Shown: piece by piece, positions 39,758 through 53,174 of the stretch
How positions within the stretch are numbered: the stretch's first letter is position 1
Layout: each line of letters begins with the position of its first letter
DNA from: Octopus vulgaris
Taxonomy: Eukaryota
NCBI GenBank assembly: GCA_951406725.2
Contig: OX597822.1
Coordinates: 118,916,001 to 118,980,000, forward strand
DNA: 64,000 bases
Reading direction: 5' to 3'
Program-made: the position numbers and the translations under genes
The notes under the pieces: generated by a model
Told to the model about the DNA's origin: nothing
Databases searched by the model: none
What the model saw: only the letters and a program-made list of their open reading frames with translations

Positions 39758-39760
<3 letters not shown>
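39345..39760 (-). mobile_element. Short non-autonomous RTE derivative (RTE 5'-UTR-like body plus RTE 3' tail)
   Basis: The last ~80 nt match 8107-8187 of the RTE LINE; body has aaatccggagtggaactcc..aggcgg, resembling RTE 5' UTRs; flanked by (TA)n. Confidence 0.7.
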
Positions 39761-39808
<48 letters not shown>

Positions 39809-41169
39809 GTAAAATATATGCAATTGAAAAATACAAAATATGATTTAAATATAAATAATATATACATAAAAGTAAAAATATACATATAAGAAAAATATAT
39901 ATACATATTTACAGATATTTTGTTGGATGGCCGTTGACTGTCCTGGAGTTTCTCTGCCCTTTGACGGGTGTTATTTTTCATCTCACAGGGTGTCCAAACA
40001 ACACCCTCCTCACTAAGCAAGCTTGGTGGGGTTTCCAGTTTAGTTACCGACGACCCGACCATGCGACAGGTTGTACTGGATTACATGTTACCAGTACCAC
40101 TCAAGCTACCTGACATATTTTTAGATTGCATATCTTTTACTTTTTTATATTTATATATATATTATTTATATTCAATTCTTATTTGCATTCCCAAATCACA
40201 TATCGTACTTTTTCCTATGTATGAATGAGCTACTCCGCGTCGGTCACCAGAGTGATATTTGATCACTTTAGAGAGTGTTTGAGTGTCAGTTTGGTGTCTG
40301 GAATGAGATAGCTTACCTCATGGGCAGATAGAAGCTCTTTAATCATGGTTGGTAATCTACCTTGGAGAAGGAAATCTCCGAAATAAAACCGGAGGCCTTG
40401 GAAGTTCCTGGTTTTGTCAATTTTCATGTCACATCGGCGAAAGTCTTCTTGGGCCAATAGGTGGAGGTAGTGCAGTGCAAGCTACACCCACTGAAAATTA
40501 TTCATCTGCACAGGTATTTCCTGTACACCAAATCTTAGAAAATCATTGAATTGGTTGGTTGGCAGAAACCTAAAAATGCACTTGTAACTAACTCTAAAAT
40601 GTCAAACAGATTCAGTAAATGTCAAAAAAGACTTGGGAACGTCAGGGGAACAAGTTTGGCTTTCATCGAAACCCAGAGTCTCCCCTAGGCCATCATCACA
40701 CTTGCCCTCTACCAGCCCTCTATAGTACGCCGAGGCGGTACCCCCTCCGCCGGCATTGCTCGTTCGGGAGAGAACCACAAGCGCCCATCGACACTCTGCT
40801 TGCCAAGCTCCCAGTATTCCAATTCACCAAAAGAAGTGAACCTGGGAAATAGCGCATCAACGAACTACCTCACTTACTCAGACTGCTGCCATTTATATGT
40901 AATGGCCCAGTCCATTCTCACCAATGGGCGTCGTACTCTCGTACAACATCTCCCCTTTTCGTGTTCCAAAGGAATAAAGAATATATATATATATATATAT
41001 ATAAATATATATATATATTACGGAGATGTACTCGCATAGCAAGTAATTTGATCTGAGATCGTGTGCTGAAACGAAAACAATTGCAGCGTGGGAGGTGTTT
41101 ATAAGCCATTTAAGAAACACACAAAAGCCGTTCGATTCACTCCAACATTTAAGTTTAGAGAGAGAGAGT

Positions 41170-42780
41170 GAACTGCACCTAATCCGTGCTCGGAAGCATC
41201 TGACGCTACAACGATCTCCATTTCGGGATCGTAATGTGCTAACGACAAGTCTGAGATAAGAATTTTTTTTATTTCTTCAAAAGTGTTCTGGCATTTAGTG
41301 GACCAATTCCACCTTACTCCTTTTTTAAATAAGTTTTTCAATGGAGTACTTGTGCATATTAGGAATGTAGCTTTGATAATAGGTTGCCAATCCAAGAAAT
41401 GCTTGTAAAGTTGGAGTATTTGTCGGCGCAGGCATATTTCTTATTGCATCTTCCCTGGACGAGTCCAGACATCAACCACATTTATCAATTATTTTCCTTT
41501 AGTACTTGATTTGGGGTAGAAGGAGTTCGCATTTTTCTTCACTCAAAGTGAACCCAAAAGCTTTAATTTTCTTGAGCACAGCTTTTATATGTTCCACATG
41601 CTGTTCACGAGAATTACTCTTTTGTCCAATATTGTCCAAGTACAAATATTGTCCAAGTACAGGATTGAAAATTCATAATCAGATAACACAGTATCCATGA
41701 TTTGCTGGAATATTGCTGGTGTCACTTTTAATCTAAAAAGTAATCGTGTGTATCTTTACAATCCTCTGTGAGTATTTATTTTCAAATACTTTGAGTATTT
41801 TTCATTTACTTTTATCTGTAAATAGGCTCCAGACAGATCTAATTTGGAAAACATTCCCCCCCCCCATTTAACTTTGAAAATAAACGCTCTCTGTAGTCGG
41901 GAGTGGATGGTGGTATGTTAGTTAGTTAGTTAGTTAATTTTTTGGCTCAAAAAGCAAAAAGCAAGGCCATGTAGGGGGACATGGAATTATGTACAGGGTG
42001 GTGTTCATGTAAAGAGTTCAGGTCACTTGAGGTCAAGGGAGACTTTGAACCGTCGGCATCTTCACCATCTCATCTGGTAGCTTATTCCACGGATCCGCAA
42101 CCCGGACGGAGAAAGCCCCTCTCCTTCGATTGAGATGAAATCGTCGCAGATAGAGCTTTTCGGAATGACCCCGCAGCCGACGCTCTGGAGCAGGAGTGAG
42201 GTATGTTTTTTAAGCAGTCGTTCAATCCTGTAGAGAAATCGGCACACAACCTAATTTTTTTTATTACATACCGTGGGTGCCGCCCACTTCGAATAATCTA
42301 CCTTTTTGATGACTCCACTCTTTTCGAGTCTGTCCATTTACGGTTTCAATTGCCGTGAACGATACCTTTCTGTTTGCCTTAAATGCGGGTGCAGCGTGTT
42401 CACTTACTTGGAAATAGGTTTCCGTCTGTCTACATAAACCGAAATCCTCTGATAACACTTACGGGGATTTTTTTTTTCAATTTTTTTTTTCAGTTCTTCC
42501 GAAGACTTGTTTTTAATGGGACAACCATTTATGTTATTTCAATAAAGATTTATGGGGAGGTGCCACAAACCGAATAGTTCTAACCAATCTGAACCAAACA
42601 GATTGATTGTATTATCCACAACGAAGAATTTGCTTCGCGTGTCTCTTCTCGAAATGTGACGTTGGTACATGTTTTGCCCGTGAAATGCAATTTATCGCCC
42701 GTTACATCACGCGTTACTTTCGCTGTTTTCCGTAATCTCGGTTTACTAGTTTTTTTCCCAAGTAACCGCATTTATAATCG
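41170..42780 (-). mobile_element. Gypsy/Ty3 pol remnant (protease, RT, RNase H) interrupted by a CR1 fragment
   Basis: PLKNLFKKGVRWNWS..CQNTFEEIK..LAHYDP..VASDASEHGLGAV; FSKLDLSGAYLQIKV near 41810-41855; ARDVTG-like protease-adjacent segment. Confidence 0.85.
41917..42250 (-). mobile_element. CR1 LINE 3' fragment with (TAAC)n tail
   Basis: Nearly identical to 58590-58880. Confidence 0.85.
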
Positions 42781-42855
42781 AGATGTCACTACTGTGTATT
42801 GTGTAGCTATATATATTTTGTTGTCTATCTCTACATCTCTCCCTTTCTCTCTCTC

Positions 42856-42915
<60 letters not shown>

Positions 42916-42917
42916 CA

Positions 42918-43078
42918 GGCGTGGGTGGATGGGTGATAAGAAGCTTGCTTACCAACCATATGGTTCCGGATTCAGTTCCACTACGTGGCACCTTGGGCAA
43001 GTGTCTTCTAAAATGCCCCCGGGCCGACCAAAGCCTTGAGGGTGGATTTGGTAGACGGAAACTTAAAGAAGCCTGTCG

Positions 43079-43111
<33 letters not shown>

Positions 43112-43338
43112 ATGTGTGTGTATGTATATGTATATATTTTTGTGTTTGTGTCTATGTTTGGCCATCCACCATTGCTTAACAACCGACCTTGGTGTGTTTA
43201 CATCCCCGTAACTTAGCGGTTCGGCAAAAGAGACCGATAGAATAAGTCCAGGGATCGATTTCTTCGACTAAAAGGCGGTGCTCCAGCATGACCACAGTCA
43301 AAATGGCTGAAACAAGTAAAGGATTAAAAGAATAAAAA
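42918..43338 (+). mobile_element. SINE family A
   Basis: Same head, middle and tail as 14134. Confidence 0.88.
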
Positions 43339-43736
43339 TATACATATACGGCGTGGCCACATTCCACTGACAGCAAATGGTAAATGAGTGTGTGTGTGTG
43401 TGTGCATGGACGTGTGTGTGTGTGTGTGTGTGTGTGTGAACGTGTGTGTGTGTGTGTGTGTGTGAACGTGTGTGTGTGTGTGTGTGAACGTGTGTGTGTG
43501 TATTTCAGTTCGTATTTGCGGGTATTTTGGATGTTGATTCATACATAATAGAGTGGCAAATATCCAGGTTTTACAATTAAGCAATGCTTAACGGAAGTAA
43601 TTATAACGTCACCGTACTTCCGGTTTTTTTTTCTTAATGTGGTACGGAAAGTTGTTTGTTAGCTTTGAATTTCTTCTCCTTTCTATTTAATCTTCATTAA
43701 ATGTACGAGCATGGGAGGTAAAATTGAATCTCTTTA

Positions 43737-43761
43737 TACACACACACACACACACACACAC

Positions 43762-43809
<48 letters not shown>

Positions 43810-43836
43810 ATGTATGTATGTATGTATGTATGTACG

Positions 43837-43885
<49 letters not shown>

Positions 43886-43898
43886 TTATGTATGTACG

Positions 43899-43943
<45 letters not shown>

Positions 43944-43975
43944 GTACGTATGTATATATATATATATGTATATAC

Positions 43976-44008
<33 letters not shown>

Positions 44009-44056
44009 TATGTATGTATATATATATATATGTATGTATATATATATATATGTATG

Positions 44057-44122
<66 letters not shown>

Positions 44123-44137
44123 TATATATATATACAT

Positions 44138-44172
<35 letters not shown>

Positions 44173-44206
44173 CATATATGTGTGTGTGTATATGTATATG
44201 TGTGTA
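43737..44206. repeat. Long compound (TA)/(TATG)/(CA) microsatellite
   Basis: Direct reading. Confidence 0.95.
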
Positions 44207-45005
44207 TAAACTTACTTTCTTCGCTTTTATAAATTTGCTTCTGTAATTTGCTGCAACTAAACTCTTTAGTATTAATTGCGTTTAGGTTTCGCTGCAATAA
44301 TTTGTAACACAAATGCCAGTTTCCAAATGTCTGGGAGGTGTGTTGTCGGTTATATCAACCTCAGTTCTTGAGAATTGCATTCAACTATAAACTCGTCAAC
44401 TTGAAAAACAGTTAATTATAATTCCTTAATTTTTGGGTTGCCCTCTGGAGTGATAGTGAAGTATTTGATTGGAAGTAGGCCATATTGTTTGTTCTTCCGC
44501 AAGAATGACCCTAAGCTCATCCCTACAAGCACTCGTATGTTTTATTGTGCTCCCCCCGCTAACAACAGTTAGTTTTTTGTCGTCGTCGTCGTCGTCGTTG
44601 TCGCTGTTTTTGTTTAGCCCTAGGTCAATTCTGATTGAACAGGTCTATGATAAAACTTCTATGATAACAGGTCTATGATAAAAGGCTTTCCACTCATAAA
44701 ATGATGTCTGTAAGTTTACATTATCCAATGTGCTCCTAGGGCAGGAGTTATTTAAAACGATGTTAGTATCGTTTGAGGAAGGTTTGGTTGTTATTTCTTG
44801 GAAGCCGAGTAACCACGTTGAAATATCCTCATTGGCTCCAGAGAACAATAAGTTATTCCATTAAGCGGTACATGTTAATAGCTGGGTGGATTGAGTTCTT
44901 GATAATTGTCTTGAACATAATTGTAACACATCCTCCACGACAGGAAGTAAATGGTCAACCTCCTAGTTGGTTGGCTAATAACCTTATAAACTTGGACAGA
45001 AATCC

Positions 45006-45467
45006 GGTTTAAGCACTCCATATAAATCCCCATAGTTTTTTATTTTTTATAATTTTCAGAAAATTTTCAGAAAATTTGTGTTCTACACACGGGAATTCAT
45101 AAGATTGTGAAAACAAAATTGTGTGTGATTTAAAGGCTATTTAGTTGTTATTTTTAGCAAATCTCACGACTACCTGATACCTTCCTCATTTCTTTGTCAC
45201 TCTGTTTTTCAATATTTTTCTCCCCGTAAATGGAGTGATGATGCATCAAAATACCAATGCTGGTATTTAAGCAACTAGTTTGGACTGTCCGTATGTTAAA
45301 CTCTGATTTTTAGGAAAAAGAATTCGAAAAAGAGTAGAAATTTTAAGATTCAAGTGAGGCGGAGGGGGTCTGAAAATAAAAAAAACAAAACGTATGAATT
45401 CCTGTGTGTAGAATACAAATTTCAAAATATAAAAAAGTTATGAGGGTTTACATGGGGTACTTAAACC
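45006..45467. mobile_element. MITE with long GG-terminal TIRs (Merlin- or Mutator-like)
   Basis: ggtttaagcactccatataaa..atttgtgttctacacacgggaattcata versus tatgaattcctgtgtgtagaatacaaat..tttacatggggtacttaaacc; 8-bp TSD agaaatcc/agaattcc. Confidence 0.7.
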
Positions 45468-45875
45468 AGAATTCCGCCTAAACTTGAGTAATAAATTGAT
45501 ATGAGCCCCGTAAACTGGAACTAAGTTCCTATTGAGTAGTGGTTACGATCTGGTTTCGATTAACAGCTACTTCACTTTATTTTGAATTTAGTGTCAAAAT
45601 ATTAAGTATATTTGAAACGTTCAAATCCTAGAAACTATAGTTTTTTGTGGTATGAAAGATGCACAGTTTTGGCATAAAAGATACCTTGAAGATTACCACG
45701 CGTCTTCCACGATGCTGGTTGGGAATCGCAGAACGGTTAAAGGGAAGAGTAGCAGACCAACAAATAGGCAACCCTTGTTTGGTGATTTTGCTCAACGACC
45801 GACATGAAAACGCCGCTGTTTTATTGGCCAACATTGTCTAATAACAAACATTTAACGTCTGCTAGTTGGGCATTG

Positions 45876-46127
45876 TGGAGGCGCGTGGCTTAGTGGTTAG
45901 GGTGTCAGCATCATGATCGTAAGATTGTGGTTTCGATTCCTGGACCGGGCGACGCGTTGTGTTCTTGAGCAAAACACTTCATTTCACGTTGCTCCAGTCC
46001 ACTCAGCTAGCAAAAATGAGTAACGCTGCGATGGACTGGCGTCCCGTCCAGCTGGGGAACACATATGCCATTGAAACCGGGAAACCGGGCCCACGAGCCT
46101 GGCTAGGCTTTAAAAGGGCGCAAGGGA
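45876..46127 (+). mobile_element. tRNA-derived SINE family D (V-domain-like)
   Basis: A/B boxes; gcgatggactggcgtcccgtccag; 12-bp TSD agttgggcattg (45864-45875 and 46128-46139). Confidence 0.9.
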
Positions 46128-46487
46128 AGTTGGGCATTGCCCGATCGCGTGGTTAGAGATTTGGTTTGCGTAAGGAATTGTTTCTCTAAAATTACACTTC
46201 CCAAACAAAGATGTGCGCCTTGCACGATGTAGTTAGTACCATGCTGCAAAATATGGAATGGCAAGAATCTTAGGCCATCTCTTTCTTCTTTTCTGTAATA
46301 ATGGTTCATTCAGGCGCAAGTATGGCGATATGGTTAAGAAGTGGGTCATGCAATATCCTTTCTCTTTCCTTTAATCATTCTTCATACAGACGAAGGCAAT
46401 GGCTGCAGGGTTAAGTTTGCTTCGCAACGATGTAGCTTTGCGTCCTGTTACACTTCACGGCAGCTGGAAACAATGCTTTGTACTATA

Positions 46488-47206
46488 TATTTCTTTATTA
46501 CCCCCAAGGGGCTAAACACAGAGGGGACAAGCAAGGACAGACAAAGGGAATAAGTCGATTACATCGACTCCAGTGTGTAACTGGTACTTAATTTATCGAC
46601 CCCGAAAGGATGAAAGGTAAAGTTGACCTCGGCGGAATTTGAACTCGGAACGTAACGACAGACGAGTGCGGCTACGCATTTCGTCCGGCGTGCTAACGTT
46701 TCTGCCAGCTCGCCGCCTTAATGTCTTGTACTATAGCCTTGGGTCAACTAAATCCTTATGATTGAAATTTAGTTGAAATCAACTGCGAGCTGACAGGGCA
46801 AAACGCTTCGTGGTATTTCGTCCGTCCTTGCGTTCTTAGTTCTAATTCCACCGATTGGTTGACTTTTCTTTTCATTCTTTCGGAGCCTATAACATAAGTA
46901 CCAGTTGAGCACTGGGGTCAACATAATCGACTTACTCCCTAAATTGCTGGCCTTGTGCCAAAATTTGAAACCAATATAGTGACTTAGTACGACGGCGAGC
47001 TGGCAGAATTGTTAGCATGTCCGGCAAAATGCATAGCAGCATTTCGTCCATCATGACGTTCCGAGTTCTAATTCCACTAAGGTTGATTCCTTTCATTTTT
47101 TCGGGGTCGATAAAATAAGTACCAGTTGAGCACTGGGATCAATGTAATGTAATCGACAAGCACTCTCCCCGGAAATTTCAGGCCTTGTGCTTATAATAGA
47201 AAGGAA
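46488..47206. mobile_element. Cluster of three SINE B copies (46488-46718 minus; 46785-46976 and 46992-47206 plus)
   Basis: Shared head and core sequences. Confidence 0.85.
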
Positions 47207-47799
47207 TATTTGCGCAGTAGCAGCCTGTCAGAGACACTGTTTCAGTTCTTGAATTCATTCCTTCGCACGGTTTAACACCAACTCTTAACGCTGGGATGCC
47301 TTTGGTGAAGTCTATACTGTTACAAACGTTGGGCCAATCTCTAATGTGAGGATAACTTTTTTTCTTTTTCCTTTTCTCCCCCCCCCCCCCCAGTCTTGGA
47401 AGGAGGACCTGAGACTGCTCTTCCTTCTTTCATTAAACCATTAAGAAATGACAGCAAAGGCGTAGAAAGAACATACTAAACACATCTTTGTCAAGAATAT
47501 GACAATATGTATTGTATTTGATTAGCATAATTTACGGCAGTACTTCATGTCGCATCTTCATAGACATATGTATTATTTTTATATATTTCTTGAACCATTC
47601 GTATCATCGTCAACGAAACCTTTAGAGTGCTCGTCTAGATAGTGAGTTATTTGTCAAATTCATGGGCAGTAATTTAGGAGACTTCCTGATGAAAATGTTG
47701 ATGCAATCAAGAGAACCTGAATCTTATGGAGTTCAAGGAATGGAACAATGGTATAAATATGTAGGATTGAGAATAGAAAAATGGCGCTATTGTTGTTGT

Positions 47800-47930
47800 T
47801 GTTCTCTAGTAGCCCACCCATCTCAGGAAGATTACTCCCTTCCTCGCATCACCATCTGCGAAATAGAGCTGAAGGCAGTTCACCAGCCCAGCTATCTGGA
47901 GCATATCACTTCTGATGCTGACACAAACAT
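47800..47930 (+). mobile_element. Small RTE RT fragment
   Basis: HPSQEDYSLPRITICEIELKAVHQ.SYL..ITSDA. Confidence 0.55.
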
Positions 47931-48400
47931 GATATAAAGAGAAACTTTCCTTTGAACCCAAGGCTAAGTTCACCTTGCAACCCTTGCGACCGAGTCTGCC
48001 GGTCCCGTATTGATCTCAGCCACCAGTGAAACTTCTGTCGATGGAGGGGAGCTCCTTTCAGAAATGTTCTTTCGCGAAACCAGGCCATGATGATGATGAT
48101 GATGATGATGATGACGACGACGGGGATGTTGTTGATGGTAGTGGTGGTGGTGGTGATGATGTTGAAGTATTGTTCCAAGTAAGCTCTGATCAAGTCGAGC
48201 TATGACACGCAAGTAGTTAGGCGAACGACTCAGTGTGACCCACACATCTGTTTCTTTATTGCCACAATTCCATATTTCTACCTAACTGAGAACCACAGCC
48301 CCATATTCTACACTCCAACATGCAGTGATGGATTGTACGAAATGCAGAGCGACAGTTTATACATAATGCATTCTCTCCAATCTATTTCCAATCTATTTCA

Positions 48401-48685
48401 CGGGCATATGGCGTAGTGGTTAAGAGTGCGGGCGACTAACCCCAAGATTCCGAGTTCGATTCCAGGCAGTGACCTAATAATAATAATAATAATAATAATA
48501 AAAATTAAAATAATAATAATGATAATAATAATAATAATAATAATAATATAATAGCATCGAAAAAATACCTTAGGAATGAGAACCCAGATTCGAATTTTCT
48601 CCTAGACACCTGATGAAGGCTGGAGGGTACACAACAAACAAGGTGAGGACAAATATCCGTCAAAATGTAAATAATCTAAATAATG
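48401..48685 (+). mobile_element. tRNA-derived SINE family G with (AAT)n linker and truncated hammerhead-like 3' part
   Basis: A box tggcgtagtggtt, B box gagttcgattcc; cCTGATGAaggctg at about 48609. Confidence 0.75.
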
Positions 48686-49057
48686 TGTGAAAGGAAGTGT
48701 TTGGCTCCAACACACGACGCACAATCTGGACCAGTAATCGTAACCATGGTCTTACGATAATAAGTGCAACGCTCTAACCATTAGGCCAAACGCCTTTACA
48801 TACACATGCGCGCGCACACATATGCACACACACACACACACACACGCACGCACACATACACACAAACGCACGCACACACCTACATACACACACAGGCGCA
48901 CATACAAATTTCTTATCCTGTTTGTACGTCTTGGAAATATATTTCTCTCTGACCAACTTACATCGCTTGACCATCAATTAATCCTTGAACATTCCATCTC
49001 CATATATTCAGATAAAAATAAATGCAAATAAAATAGCATAAGAATCGAAGCCCGAAA

Positions 49058-49165
49058 TTTAGGTGTTTTCGCTCAATAAACACTCACAACGCCCGGTCTG
49101 GGAATCGAAACCGCGATCCTACGACCGCGAGTCCACTGCCCTAACCACTGGGCCATTGCGCCTCC
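49058..49165 (-). mobile_element. SINE family C 5' head only
   Basis: Matches 18351-18458. Confidence 0.85.
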
Positions 49166-49555
49166 TCTATGGCGGTAACACTAGATAAGGTTAGTGCATT
49201 GTTAAAGGAAATAGTTCTCAGTTGCTAAAGGTTAGAAAGTAAGCCATGTTATTCAGTGCGAACCGGAAGTTCGTTCGGAAAGCCGGGCTGTACGACAGTT
49301 GAAGGCGGCAGTTTTGGCGGTTATCGTACGCTGTTTTGTCTCCAATGAAACAAATGCGTTTCGTCAGTTATTAATAATATCTCTGTGATATCGAATCTAT
49401 TTGTGACCTGCATGGAGCAGATTTTTCCAAAACAACACTACCATTACTACTATTTACATTAATCTTTTGAACTAAATCAAAAAGCTCTCTCGCTCTCTTA
49501 TTTTCTTCTCCTTCTTTCCTTTTCCTTTTTGCTTTCGGCGCTTTCCTCACTCCCA

Positions 49556-49604
<49 letters not shown>

Positions 49605-49689
49605 CCCTCTCTCTCCAGCACTACAAATTAAATTGTTTGCACAGACCTAGTAATGTCATTAAGTTCTTATATGTCGTTTCGTCTGTTCT

Positions 49690-50030
49690 TTGATTACTTT
49701 CAATAACATCCTGTAACAAACACATTGGGTTAGCAGTGAACCATCGAAATATTTATTTTCGTAAAGAATAATTAGAATGGGGCCAGGCGGGAGTAACTCT
49801 ATGTTGCTTTCTAAAGGCTCATGGAGGAATATGAGGCCAGCATGGCGCATCGATCGCTCTCTTGACAGGTCTGTGGTTGAGCCTGTGGCAATGGAGACCT
49901 CGGGCATCCTCGACCCCGGGCCATTTATTTGCTCACCGATATCGGGACGGATATGGCTATCCGCCAGATGAGTAATTGTTCTAGTGCATCTCCCTCGCCA
50001 TCCTTCGGAACAACACCTTTTCCATTTTGT
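49690..50030 (+). mobile_element. CRE-clade (restriction-endonuclease type) non-LTR 3' remnant
   Basis: EPVAMETSGILDP...ISGRI...CISLAILRNN resembles F.P.A.ET.G..G....QRISLAI.RGNA. Confidence 0.55.
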
Positions 50031-50169
50031 TTACTGGGACCATGAAGCGGAAATTGAGAGAATGTAAGAATTTCGTTGCTTACTACCCGTAGCTGCTCTT
50101 TATATGTTTATCTTTTTAACAATTATAATAATAACGAAACCAGCAACATCAAAAACGACAACTGTTGCA

Positions 50170-50990
50170 ATAGGGGTTCTGCATTTGGGGACCAGTTTTG
50201 TCTCTGCCAGAGCTAACCAGTGTGTAATGCTACCGTTCCCATTGAGAACTCGTTGGTGCAGATTGATGAGATATGGTCGGTAGAAGGTTAGTTTCTTGTA
50301 CCACCATTCAACAATTAAGTCTCTCGGGTGTTTTTTTCCATTCTGAAGTTTCTAGATCACAGTTGCAAGGGTATCACCATCGATGATGTATGTCTTGGGT
50401 GTAATGCAGGGACAATAACTTCTTAGAATTTCTTCCAGCCACAGAGCATCTTGGTTAAACTCTATCTCTTCACTCCAGATTTTCCTTCAGAAGGAGCCTG
50501 TGTCTTCTCGTGAAGGAGCTTCTTTGATGGCCATTGCTCCTCCTCTCATGTCTCTATATAATGATGTCTGGTTCCAGTTAAATTTTTTGTTTATTATTTT
50601 TTTCTCGGTTATTCTCCTCTGATGTCGGAGTTTCTCACTGCAAGCTTTTAACTCCTACTTGAGGGTGGTCAGTTTGCAAGCGAGTGCCCTCTTTTTGCTC
50701 CAAACTTCAATTCTATCTCCTTCTTCAATTTTTGTTGGTGAGACATATAGTGATTTGTTTGCACGCAATAGGCATCATTACATGACTGATGGTCTTCCAT
50801 AAATGAGCCATTTTTTTTCTCTGTCTTCAAAAGCCATGATGGCGCTTTCTTCGTTGTTTCGGTTTTGTTCACTTTTTGAATGTCGTTCATATATACTGCT
50901 TTGCAGTTGTAGACAGGACGTAGAGACAGGCGTTAATCTGCCAGAATGAGGATTAATTAAACTGCTGTCAATAATCCTCGCCATTTTCGT
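50170..50990 (-). mobile_element. R4/Dong RT N-terminal remnant
   Basis: NQTSLYRDM..EAPSRE..F*RKIWSEE..FNQDALWLEE..WWYKKL..WLALAETKLVPK. Confidence 0.65.
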
Positions 50991-51191
50991 TAACAGCTTT
51001 TAATACCGTATCTGGTGGCTTGTTTTTTTTACTTAATTTTGTAGAAAATACTCTTTTCATGTATGCGAGTGTGTATGTAGGTATGTATGTATGTATGTAT
51101 GCATGCATGTATGTATGTATGTATGTATGTACATATGCATGTATTTATATAAGTGTGTATGTGAGAGAGCGAGAGAGAGAGAGAGAGAGAG

Positions 51192-51229
<38 letters not shown>

Positions 51230-51271
51230 GTGTGTGTGTTGTGTGTGTGTTGTGTGTGTTGTGTGTGTGTA

Positions 51272-51302
<31 letters not shown>

Positions 51303-51421
51303 GTGAGTGTGTGTGCGTCGCGTGCGTATACTTCGCTGATATATATCGGCGTAAAATAAGGATTTGCAACGGCAAAAACAAAAAAGATGATCTGGTCACT
51401 TAACATATATTTGATGTGGAG

Positions 51422-51806
51422 TGGAAGCACTCCGTCGGTTACGACGACGAGGGTTCCGGTTGATCCGATCAACGGAACAGCCTGCTCGTGAAATTAACGT
51501 GTAAGTGGCCGAGCACTCCACAGACACGTGTACCCTTAACGTAGTTCTCGGGGATATTCAGCATGACACAGAGAGTGACAAGGCCGGCCCCTTGGAATAC
51601 AGGTACAACAGAAACAGGAAGTAAGAGTGAGAGAAAGTTGTGGTGAAAGAGTACAGCAGGGATCACCACCATCCCCTGCCGGAGCCGCGTGGAGCTTTTA
51701 GGTGTTTTTAGCTCAATAAACACTCACAACGCCCGGTCTGGGAATTGAAACCGCGATCTTACGACCGCGAGTCCGCTGCCCTAACCACTGGGCCATTGCG
51801 CCTCCA
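51422..51806 (-). mobile_element. SINE family C, full length
   Basis: Nearly identical to 18078-18458. Confidence 0.93.
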
Positions 51807-52484
51807 TAATTGATGTACATAGTGGTACAGAGAGTCGCTTGTTCGTCTCTTACACTGTCAGAATTCCAGTGAACTAGTTAGTAATTGGTTGAGTTTGATA
51901 GAACCACGGCGCTATTGTTCATTAATTGCAATATAAAATATCTGAAGACAGAAACAAATAAATAATTAAATAAATAAAATAGAATGAAATGGTGTCATGC
52001 ACAAATAGAACTTGGATGGCACACTCGACTTCGCCTCCGATTACCCCTCTTCTGTTTAATAGAAGAAAACTAATAAAGCGGCTCGTTTATTTCCCCGTTT
52101 ATACATAATATTTTATATTTGGCTTTTTCGCTGCTTTCTGGACGTTTGATTTTTTTTTATAATTGCTATTTACATTTATTGTATTTAAATCAACATCAGT
52201 AGCCAAAGCAACAACAGTAACAAAAATTGGGTGTGAACATCTACACAGACGACAACAACCCCAACAACAAAAAATCATTTATACCAAGGTATATATTTTA
52301 GAGAAGAAAAAGAAAACAAAACTCTTTCATATATGTGGCATTTGTTCGTATTTGACACCGACAAACTGTCTCGCATAAAGAGAAAAACTGGCGAAAAAGA
52401 AACAAACAAAATATTACAGGAAGTACTTCCGGTACCAGATCATACAAAGGTGTGATAGCTGCCCTCTTTTGCATTCGACCTTAC

Positions 52485-52614
52485 CTGAAGACAGCTTCAA
52501 GTATATACTCCTCGCTTGAAACAGGAAATCCAAGTCAAACAGATGCCATCTACACCTTCCTCTCATCTGATAAATTGTCGACGCTACGGCAACCATGACA
52601 TCTGATCAAAATAT
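52485..52614 (-). other. Candidate host-gene exon (130 bp)
   Basis: Non-repetitive sequence; acceptor ttatttcattctgtttcctcAG; donor cag|GTAAGG; internal gtcATGG opens a frame running to the donor. Confidence 0.5.
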
Positions 52615-52736
52615 CTGAGGAAACAGAATGAAATAAATGGCTATTACAAAAACAAAATAACACAAAACAAACACAAGAAGAAATACTAAACCTACAAATA
52701 TATAAACATACATGCATACATACATACATACATACA

Positions 52737-52806
<70 letters not shown>

Positions 52807-52850
52807 GATATATACATATAGGTTTTTCGTTTATATATACATTTAGGTTT

Positions 52851-52906
<56 letters not shown>

Positions 52907-53143
52907 CAGACGAGAAAGTATGTATGCATATGTGTGCGTGCGTGTGCGCACGTATGTATGAGTACGGAGAGCGAGACCAAGAGAATGAGAAAGAGAGAGA
53001 GCGAGAGAGAGAGAGAGAGAGAGTAAAAGACACGATGACATTCATCCTAAGCAAGTCTCTCCACCTGCTATTAAAACGCAGTTGTATACAAAATATTTTG
53101 CTTTAGAAGATAACCATTTTGCCTTTTTCAGACTGAAAATTTG

Positions 53144-53174
<31 letters not shown>

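Noticed and set aside
40290-40400. Possible RTE 5'-UTR or HDV-like ribozyme remnant (ggagaaggaaatctccgaaataaaacc)
   Set aside because: Too degenerate to assign the P1-P4 pairings.
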